Shown here piece after piece: positions 19,847-27,301 of a stretch of DNA of 64,000 nucleotides. Below the pieces are notes generated by a model. It did not search any database. It was not told where the DNA came from and saw only the letters and a list, made by a program, of their open reading frames with translations. This DNA comes from an uncultured Acetatifactor sp. (GTDB lineage: Bacteria; Bacillota; Clostridia; Lachnospirales; Lachnospiraceae): assembly GCA_910577035.1 (NCBI GenBank), contig CAJTKW010000005.1, positions 1,958-65,957 of the forward strand. The letters run 5' to 3'. Each line of letters opens with the position of its first letter. Positions within the stretch are counted from its first letter, which is position 1. Both the position numbers and the translations under genes were made by a program.

Positions 19847-20650
19847 TCATCCGTTTGGACATACTGCTGCTTTTGATTCTTTTTCTGTTATAATAACTTC
19901 AATGCCTTGTTCATCAAAAGCGGATAGGTCTTCTTCAGAAGCATCCCAATCCGTAATTAGTTTATTTAGCCTATTAGCCGGGCAAATGCTGACAACAGAT
20001 TCAAAACCAATTTTTTCAGTAGGATATAGACCGATACTTTCCTTTGATGAATCAATAAGAGCGTTCCAAAAGCTGATTGCCTGGGACTTTTGTATTGATA
20101 GTCCAAATCCTGGTGAAATAAACGCGGATGTAATAAAACATTTATCAAAACGCAAACGCTTTATCATCTCAATGGCAAATGAATCATAACAGTTTCCTTT
20201 GTCATCCATTTCCCCACCCAGGAGAATAACAGAAATAGGATCCCTTTTTCTCAATTCTTCGGCAATAACGATGGAGTTTGTCACAACACGAATTTTCAAG
20301 TCTTCCGGCAAGCTCTGCACCATAAAGTAACCGACAGTAGCCGAAGTAATAAATACGACATCGCCCAGCTTAATCATTGACACAGCTTTTTTGGCGATTG
20401 CCATATAATTAGGCTTTATTTCGGTAATATCTTTTCCGGTTATATGGCGAGGTTTCCCGAACGCTACCTGGTGAACAGGAATAGCTCCTCCATGTGTTTT
20501 TTTAAGAAGGCCCTGTTCATCCAGAAGTCTTAAATCTCTGCGGGCGGATTCTACCGAAATGTTAAATTTCCGGGTTATTTCGTCAACTGAAATTCTTTCA
20601 TTTTGTTTCAGCATATTCAATATTACCTGATGTCTTTCTTCAATAAACAT
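19847..20650 (-). CDS. DeoR/GlpR family transcriptional regulator
   Basis: N-terminal HTH EERHQ...SVESARRDL...HGGA; VVTNS and LLGG motifs. Confidence 0.92.
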   Translation of the reverse strand: MFIEERHQVILNMLKQNERISVDEITRKFNISVESARRDLRLLDEQGLLKKTHGGAIPVHQVAFGKPRHITGKDITEIKPNYMAIAKKAVSMIKLGDVVFITSATVGYFMVQSLPEDLKIRVVTNSIVIAEELRKRDPISVILLGGEMDDKGNCYDSFAIEMIKRLRFDKCFITSAFISPGFGLSIQKSQAISFWNALIDSSKESIGLYPTEKIGFESVVSICPANRLNKLITDWDASEEDLSAFDEQGIEVIITEKESKAAVCPNG

Positions 20651-20714
20651 AATTTAACTCCATTTTCATGATTTTTAGTAGTAGTAAGTGGCACCTGTAT
20701 TACTGCTTATTACC

Positions 20715-20743
20715 ATTTTATGCTATATATTACTTTTTGTCAA
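20715..20743 (-). promoter_or_regulatory. sigma-A promoter of the DeoR gene
   Basis: TTGACA-N17-TAAAAT on the minus strand. Confidence 0.75.
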
Positions 20744-21036
20744 GTTAAAAATTAATAAACGGCAATTACAATTAACATTCGGCAATGCCGTGCAGTTTTT
20801 ATTGTTGTATCTGTCAGTTCCTTGAAGATGCCATTTAGCCGCATAGCCATCCACACCAAATGGCATCCCTTTACCATATCCTCCGCCTCGTTACGCACTG
20901 TAAGATGCGCTGGTCCGACAGCGCAGTATTAGGGAATGGCTATATTTTCACTGATGTAACGGCAAAAGGAAATCCGTCACCATTCGGCACAAGTTTTGCC
21001 TCGCTGTTTGTGCGGGCGGTATTTCCGATCTGTGCG

Positions 21037-21138
21037 AGACTGGATGCGGCATATGGAGATGCTCTATTGATGCTTTCGACATGTGCTTATCATGTGGAAA
21101 ATGGACGTTTTGTTATTGTAGCGAAGAGAAAAGCATAA
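21037..21138 (+). pseudogene. Class B sortase C-terminal fragment
   Basis: YGDALLMLSTCAYHVENGRFVIVAKRK matches the SrtB LSTC...GR.V active-site end; N-terminal part missing. Confidence 0.65.
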
Positions 21139-21472
21139 TAAAGTACAGTAGGTATTCCTATCTGTATCCGGATACGGAATTCCGTAATGCGTATCAATCC
21201 CTGGCGGGAAGCGGCTGTGTGGAAACCGCGGGAAGTCTGCCGCCAGGTTATAAATTCAGTTTTCGGAAATATGGCTTGCTTCATGGGGGCCACGATTTAT
21301 TATCCCCTTACGTCGGCATGTCCATTTCATGCAGCATTCAAGTGCGCGGGGCAGTTGCAGGCCCTGCGCCTTTTCTGCTTTTGTTCCGGCTTATTTCATG
21401 TTATACTTATAGGCAGACAGTGCTTTGGGGAATTGGATAATTAAAAGTATAGATAAGTCAGGAGCATGAGCC

Positions 21473-24400
21473 ATGCCGGTAACATTTACAGCGGAGCAGC
21501 AGGAGGTCATAAATTTAAGGGATTGCAGTATATTGGTGTCTGCGGCGGCAGGCAGCGGGAAGACGGCTGTGCTGGTGGAGAGGATCGTTAAAATGGTCTG
21601 CGACGAGGAGAAGCCGGTTGACATTGACCGGCTTCTGGTGGTGACCTTTACCAATGCGGCGGCCTCGGAAATGCGGGAGAGGATAGCGGCGGGGATTGCC
21701 GCAAGGCTGGCGGAGAACCCGGATTCCGAGCATATCCAGCGGCAGGCGGCCTTGCTGCACAATGCCCAGATTACCACCATTGACAGCTTCTGTCTGTTTC
21801 TGCTGCGGAATCATTTCAATGAGATCGGCCTGGATCCTGCTTTCCGCATTGCGGATGAGGGGGAGATCAGGCTACTGGAGCAGGAGGTGCTGCAGGAGCT
21901 GCTGGAGGCGTCTTTTGCTTCGGAAAGCGAGGCCTTTCGGTATTGCGTGGAATATTTTTGCCCCGGGGGCAGGGAAAGCGCTTTGGAGCAGCATATCCTG
22001 AATCTTTCCCGGTTCGCGGCGGGTTTTCCCTGGCCGGAGGAATGGCTGGAGGAGAGGCGGAAGGACTATGGGGACGAAGGGGTGGAGGCATTGTGCGAGA
22101 GCGTCTGCGGCAGATATTTGGCAAAGCATCTTGAAGTCATGGTTCAGGGCTGGATGCGGAAGCTGGAGCGGGTGCAGGCTCTCTGCCTGGAGCCGGACGG
22201 TCCTTATATGTATGGGGAGCTGGTGGAGAGGGAGCTGGAGCTGTTGGAGGGCCTGAACCGGTGTACCGGCCTGGCGGAATATGCGGCAAAGCTTCCGGCA
22301 GTGCAGTTCGGCCGGCTTTCCTCCAAAAAGGATGACAGCGTGAACGGGGATAAGCGGGAGCTTGCGGCGGCCATCAGGGCGGAGGTGAAGAAGAGCGTCC
22401 AGGCTACGGCGGAGAGGTTCTTTGCCACGCCCCTGGAGCTGGCTGTCTCCCAGGCCTTAAGCTGCAGGAAGCCGGTGGATACGCTGATTGATCTGGCACT
22501 GGACTTCAGAAGGAGGATGGCGGAGAAGAAGCAGGAGAAGAAGGTGGTGGACTTCTCGGATGTGGAGCATTTTGCCCTGGACATTCTTCTGAGGAGGGAA
22601 GCGGGGGAGATCAGGCCCAGCCGGGTAGCCCTGGAGTATCGTCAGTATTTTGAGGAGATTCTCATAGACGAGTATCAGGACAGCAACCTGGTGCAGGAGA
22701 TTCTTTTGAGTGCCGTTTCCGGGGAGGAAGCGGGACATTTCAACCGTTTCATGGTGGGAGACGTCAAGCAGAGTATTTATAAGTTTCGGCTGGCCAGACC
22801 GGAGCTTTTCCTGGAAAAATATCACAGCTATCTACCGACGGCCGGGAAGGCTTACGGTGCCTTGGCTGCCGGTAAAGTCTGCGCTGCCGCCGGTATAGTC
22901 TGTGATGACTCGGCTGCCGGGCAGGAGGGCGGTCCGGCGGAAGCTGCTGCATGGGAGGACGGACAGAAGAGTCTGGCAGGAGGGCAGGAGGGAGGCTTCC
23001 GGCGCAGGATCGACCTGACCAGGAATTTCCGCAGCCGCCCCCAGGTGATAGAGGCGGTTAATGAGGTGTTTTCCAGGCTTATGAACGAAAAGACAGGGGG
23101 GCTTGCCTATGATGAGCGGGCAGCTCTTTATGCCGGGGCGGCATATCCGGAGAATACGGGCAATGAAAGCGAGCTTCTCCTGGTGGAAAAGCCCGGGGAG
23201 GGCGGCAGGCAGGGCTCTCCATTGAACGCCAGGCAGGCGGAGGCCATGGTCATAGCGGAGAAGATCCGGGAGCTGCGCCGGGAATTTACCGTGACGGACA
23301 GGGGGGACGGGGGACTGCGTCCCGTGGAATACTCGGATATGGTGATTCTGCTGCGGGCTACCAGCGGCTGGGACGAGGAATTTAAGAAGGTGCTGGAAGA
23401 GGAAGGCATTCCGGTTTATATTACATCCAGGAGCGGTTACTTCGGGGCCGCGGAGGTGCAGGAGCTGTTACAGCTTTTGCGGGTCTTGGACAATCCCCGT
23501 CAGGATATTCCCCTGTTTGGGGTGATGAAGTCCGTTTTCGGAGGCTTTACCGAGGAGGAGATCGCCCTGATAAGATGCGGCGGCAGAAAATGCAGCCTCT
23601 ATGAGGCGGCGGAGTTGTTTGCGGCAGGAGGCGAAGGGGAGTACCCGAAGGGCGGGCGGGAAGCGGAAGGTGAGCAGGAAAAAGGCGAAGGGGAGTGCCC
23701 GAAGGGCGGGCGTAAGTCGGAAGGCGTGCAGGAAAAAGGAGAAGGGGCGGAATGCCCGAAGGGCGGGCGGGAAGCGGAAGGCGAGCAGGAAAAAGGCGAA
23801 GGGGAGTCCACGAAGGGCGGGCGGAAGTCGGAAGGCGAGCAGGAAAAAGGCGAAGGGGAGTCCACGAAGGATACAGAGGAAGCCGGGGACGAAAAAGAGA
23901 CGGGAGAGGCTCTGGAGGCGCAAGGGTATAAAGAGCTGCGGGCCAGGACGAAGGCCTTTCTTCATAAAATAGACGAATACCGGCGCTGTACGGTATATAT
24001 GCCTGTGCGGGAGCTTCTGACAAGGCTGATTACGGACTTTGATTATCTGAATTATGTGACTGCCCTTCCGGCAGGCGGAAAGCGTCGGGCCAATGTGGAG
24101 ATGCTGCTGACCCGGGCTTCAGAGTTTGAAAAAACCAGCTATTTCGGGCTGTTTCACTTTATCCGTTATATGGAGCAGCTGGAAAAGTACGATGTGGATT
24201 ACGGGGAAGCGGAGCTGCTGGACGAGAACGCCAATGTAGTGCGGATTATGAGCATTCACAAAAGCAAAGGCCTGGAATTTCCCGTTACCTTTGTGGCTGG
24301 CCTGGGGAAACGTTTTAACATGCAGGACGTAAACCGGTCTTTGATTCTGGACATGGATCTGGGGCTGGCCACGGATTATATGGATCCGGTACGGCGTCTG

Positions 24401-25711
24401 AAAAACAAGACTCTGCGCAGGAACGTACTGATGCGCAAATCCCGGGAGGACAGTCTGGCAGAGGAATTAAGAGTGCTTTATGTGGCGATGACCCGGGCCA
24501 GGGAGAAGCTGATCCTTACGGCATCCCTGGAAAATGCAGTGGAAAGATGGGAGCAGTATCAGAGGGCAGGAAGCGAAAGCCTGCCGTACCCGGATTTTAT
24601 AGAGAGCGGGAGTTACCTGGATTTCCTGCTGCCGATTATCGGGAAGACCAGTATCAAGGTTACCGTTTTGCAGGAAGAGGAGCTGGCGGCAGGAGAGTTT
24701 CGGGAGCGGCTGGAGCTGGGAGACAGGGCAGGCAGGCTGGCCCTGGCAGGGGAGCTGGCAGATCAGGAAGCGCTGGCGAGATTGCGGGAACGCCTGCAGA
24801 GTACGTATCCCTTTGAAAATCTGGCGGGATTGTATACCAAGACTACGGTGTCTGAGCTGAAGATCGCCGCCATGGCGGATCGGGATGAGGCGGCCTACCA
24901 CACCTTTGAGGAGAAGGAAATTCAGCCCTATATTCCGTCCTTCCGCAGGCAGGAGGAGAAGGTCAGCGGCGCAGTCAGAGGTAACGCGTATCACCGGGTC
25001 ATGGAGCTGCTGGACTTTGAGCAGATTTTGTTATCGGAAGATCCGGAACGGAGTCCGGGTCAGAAGCAGAGTCCAGGTCAGAAGCAGAGTCCGGGTCAGA
25101 AACAGGATTCAGGGCAGGCCGCGGCGGTCCGGGATGATTATGAGGCTTACAGGACAAGGGTTCATCAGGCATCCATAGTCCCGGTGCTGGAGGATTTTAT
25201 AAAGGAAGAGGTGAAAAGCAGGCGGCTGCGGGAGGAGTATGCCCAGGCAGTAAACTTGAAAAAAATACTTCACTTCCTGGAGTCGGAGCTGGCTTATCGT
25301 ATGTGGAAGGCGCAGAAACGCGGCAGACTATACCGGGAACAGCCCTTTGTCATGGGCATCAGTGCATCCAGGCTGGGAGAGGAATTTCCGGATTCGGAGA
25401 GTGTATTGATCCAGGGAATCATAGACGTTTTTTTTGAGGAGGAGGACGGTATCGTCCTGCTGGATTACAAGACAGATACCGTCTCTTCGATGAAGGAACT
25501 GTGGAACCGTTATGAGACCCAGCTGGATTACTACAGCCAGGCTGTCAGTAAGCTGACGGAGAAGCCTGTGAAGGAGAGGATACTGTATTCCTTCCATCTG
25601 GAGCAGTATGGGGAAAACCCTGCAGCCGGCCTGCGGGATGTTATTCCGGCAGGAGGATCAGCTTCTTTGTCTGGGGAAGCTTCAGCAGGGCTGCCGCGCC
25701 TGCAAGGGTGA
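21473..25711 (+). CDS. addA: ATP-dependent helicase/nuclease subunit A
   Basis: SAAAGSGKT, VTFTNAAA, IDEYQD, VGDVKQSIY, NFRS, SIHKSKGLEF, YVAMTRA, QGIID..LLDYK. Confidence 0.96.
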   Translation: MPVTFTAEQQEVINLRDCSILVSAAAGSGKTAVLVERIVKMVCDEEKPVDIDRLLVVTFTNAAASEMRERIAAGIAARLAENPDSEHIQRQAALLHNAQITTIDSFCLFLLRNHFNEIGLDPAFRIADEGEIRLLEQEVLQELLEASFASESEAFRYCVEYFCPGGRESALEQHILNLSRFAAGFPWPEEWLEERRKDYGDEGVEALCESVCGRYLAKHLEVMVQGWMRKLERVQALCLEPDGPYMYGELVERELELLEGLNRCTGLAEYAAKLPAVQFGRLSSKKDDSVNGDKRELAAAIRAEVKKSVQATAERFFATPLELAVSQALSCRKPVDTLIDLALDFRRRMAEKKQEKKVVDFSDVEHFALDILLRREAGEIRPSRVALEYRQYFEEILIDEYQDSNLVQEILLSAVSGEEAGHFNRFMVGDVKQSIYKFRLARPELFLEKYHSYLPTAGKAYGALAAGKVCAAAGIVCDDSAAGQEGGPAEAAAWEDGQKSLAGGQEGGFRRRIDLTRNFRSRPQVIEAVNEVFSRLMNEKTGGLAYDERAALYAGAAYPENTGNESELLLVEKPGEGGRQGSPLNARQAEAMVIAEKIRELRREFTVTDRGDGGLRPVEYSDMVILLRATSGWDEEFKKVLEEEGIPVYITSRSGYFGAAEVQELLQLLRVLDNPRQDIPLFGVMKSVFGGFTEEEIALIRCGGRKCSLYEAAELFAAGGEGEYPKGGREAEGEQEKGEGECPKGGRKSEGVQEKGEGAECPKGGREAEGEQEKGEGESTKGGRKSEGEQEKGEGESTKDTEEAGDEKETGEALEAQGYKELRARTKAFLHKIDEYRRCTVYMPVRELLTRLITDFDYLNYVTALPAGGKRRANVEMLLTRASEFEKTSYFGLFHFIRYMEQLEKYDVDYGEAELLDENANVVRIMSIHKSKGLEFPVTFVAGLGKRFNMQDVNRSLILDMDLGLATDYMDPVRRLKNKTLRRNVLMRKSREDSLAEELRVLYVAMTRAREKLILTASLENAVERWEQYQRAGSESLPYPDFIESGSYLDFLLPIIGKTSIKVTVLQEEELAAGEFRERLELGDRAGRLALAGELADQEALARLRERLQSTYPFENLAGLYTKTTVSELKIAAMADRDEAAYHTFEEKEIQPYIPSFRRQEEKVSGAVRGNAYHRVMELLDFEQILLSEDPERSPGQKQSPGQKQSPGQKQDSGQAAAVRDDYEAYRTRVHQASIVPVLEDFIKEEVKSRRLREEYAQAVNLKKILHFLESELAYRMWKAQKRGRLYREQPFVMGISASRLGEEFPDSESVLIQGIIDVFFEEEDGIVLLDYKTDTVSSMKELWNRYETQLDYYSQAVSKLTEKPVKERILYSFHLEQYGENPAAGLRDVIPAGGSASLSGEASAGLPRLQG
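23630..23869 (+). repeat. In-frame 54/57-bp tandem repeat (four copies plus partial) in addA
   Basis: GEGE(Y/C/S)xKGGR(E/K)(A/S)EG(E/V)QEK units. Confidence 0.92.
25052..25105 (+). repeat. 18-bp x3 in-frame repeat (SPGQKQ) in addA
   Basis: agtccgggtcagaagcag units. Confidence 0.9.
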
Positions 25712-26222
25712 GAATCAGTTCCGGCAGCATATAGACTCCGTTGTAAAGAAAGCTGTAGAGATAAGTATTATCCGTTGAGAAGCCCGTCCACAGCTCACCG
25801 ACGCTCTGCCAGACTACGACGCCGCTTAGGAAGTGGCAGAGAAAGCGCAGGCCCACGGCCAGGACAATGCCGCCCATCCAGCCGGGAAATTTCCTATTTC
25901 GGAAAATGCCGGCAATTCCCAGCACGGCATAGGCGCCGATGTAGTCCAGAAAGATGCAGGCTATGAGCATGGCGGGGGTCAGTCCCCAACCGAAAAGGCC
26001 TTTCATGGCCCCCTGGGCAAACTGGATCAGTCCATACAGAAGGGATACCGCAAATCCGGCTTTAAGGCCCCTGCGGATGGAGAAGATGACGATGGGGAGC
26101 ATTGAAAGCAATGTGACGGTGCCGCCCCAGGGCATCTGGATGATGGGAATGAAACTGAGTACGGTGGCAAGGGCAGCCATAACGGCGCCTTCCACCAGGA
26201 TCTGAAGTTTGGTGCTGCGCAT
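25641..26222 (-). CDS. thiT: ECF S-component thiamine transporter
   Basis: EGAVMAALA, MPWGGTVT, FLDY, RFLCHFLSG and YSFLYN motifs; GGAGG RBS; TPP riboswitch upstream. Confidence 0.93.
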   Translation of the reverse strand: MRSTKLQILVEGAVMAALATVLSFIPIIQMPWGGTVTLLSMLPIVIFSIRRGLKAGFAVSLLYGLIQFAQGAMKGLFGWGLTPAMLIACIFLDYIGAYAVLGIAGIFRNRKFPGWMGGIVLAVGLRFLCHFLSGVVVWQSVGELWTGFSTDNTYLYSFLYNGVYMLPELILTLAGAAALLKLPQTKKLILLPE

Positions 26223-26330
26223 AAAAAAATCCTCCTTGTGTTGGTTTAGGAGGAGGCACGAATCCGCAAAGTGCGGATACAGAAGGGCTGCAGACAATGG
26301 TGCGGAGTCTGCGGGTATCCCTGCTGTGCT

Positions 26331-26418
26331 GCTTCCATACGCCGGTATTAACCGGATCATGTAGTGAGGGTTAGAAACGGGTAATGCCGTTTCAATCTCA
26401 GCGATGTGCTCCCCTAGC
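26331..26418 (-). promoter_or_regulatory. TPP riboswitch
   Basis: Minus strand reads CTAGGGGAGC..GCTGAGA...ACCC..TGATCCGGTTAATACCGGCGTATGGAAG. Confidence 0.95.
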
Positions 26419-26441
26419 GTTTATGTAGTTACATGTGATAT

Positions 26442-26470
26442 ACTATAAAGTGGTTTGGCAGGGTTGTCAA
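26442..26470 (-). promoter_or_regulatory. sigma-A promoter for the TPP-thiT transcript
   Basis: TTGACA-N17-TATAGT on the minus strand. Confidence 0.8.
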
Positions 26471-26521
26471 GAATAAAATATTTTAAGAGGAACCGGGAAC
26501 AGGTTCGTGAGGGAAAATGAA

Positions 26522-27289
26522 ATGAAAAGTACAAAGGCTGACAGGGTGGAAAACAGAATCGGGCTGGAGAGAGTGTACGCCCTTTTGGAGGCTTACAGGT
26601 CCGGACGGCTGGGGGGCGAAAAAATGCCCGAGGAGGAAAATCCGGGGCTGGACAGGGGAAGCCTGGAAAACTATATTTATTTTACACTTCCCATGGCGCT
26701 CAATTATCAGAGAAATTCCTATATCTTATGGGAGTGTGCCAATAAGGCCTGGCATGACGAGGGCACCCGGGATATTTACAGTATAGCGGCCGTGGCAGAC
26801 ATGAGTGACGATGAGCTGCGGGAAAAGCTGATGAGGCATAAGGTAGCTTTGCAGCGTACCCGGCATCCCAATACCTGGAAAACCCTCTGCCGGACGTTCC
26901 GGAATGATTTCGGCGGCGATGTGCGGCGGCTGCTGTGGGAAAACGAATATTCCGTGCAGCGTATCAAGGCGTATATGACGGAACACAGGAAGGAATTTCC
27001 TTATCTGAGCGGAAATAAGATCAGCAACTACTGGTTATATGTGCTGGAACAATATACCGATACCAGATTTACCGACAGGGAATATATTACGGTAGCGCCG
27101 GATACTCATGTGATCCAGGCCAGTGTGCAGTTAGGCGTTATTTCCAGGGAGGAAGTGGCGGGCACTAAAGTTCAGAAGCTGGTGGCTGCGCGCTGGCAGG
27201 AGCTTTTGAAAGGGACGGAGCTGGCTCCCATAGATCTGCATACGCCGCTGTGGCTGTGGAGCCGGGGGAAATTTCAGGTTGAAATCTGA
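26522..27289 (+). CDS. Hypothetical protein, HhH-GPD glycosylase-like
   Basis: FPYLSGNKISNYWL resembles an HhH motif with Lys; APDTHV resembles EndoIII VDTHV; no Fe-S cysteines; alternative GTG start at 26507. Confidence 0.55.
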   Translation: MKSTKADRVENRIGLERVYALLEAYRSGRLGGEKMPEEENPGLDRGSLENYIYFTLPMALNYQRNSYILWECANKAWHDEGTRDIYSIAAVADMSDDELREKLMRHKVALQRTRHPNTWKTLCRTFRNDFGGDVRRLLWENEYSVQRIKAYMTEHRKEFPYLSGNKISNYWLYVLEQYTDTRFTDREYITVAPDTHVIQASVQLGVISREEVAGTKVQKLVAARWQELLKGTELAPIDLHTPLWLWSRGKFQVEI

Positions 27290-27301
27290 GAAAGCGCGGG
27301 A

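Noticed and set aside
20860..21444. Short ORFs 20860-21138, 21081-21440 and 21187-21444 as intact genes
   Set aside because: No convincing RBS or motifs apart from the sortase scrap
26223..26360. N-terminal extension of ThiT in the ORF track
   Set aside because: Overlaps the TPP riboswitch and its expression platform; the RBS supports 26222
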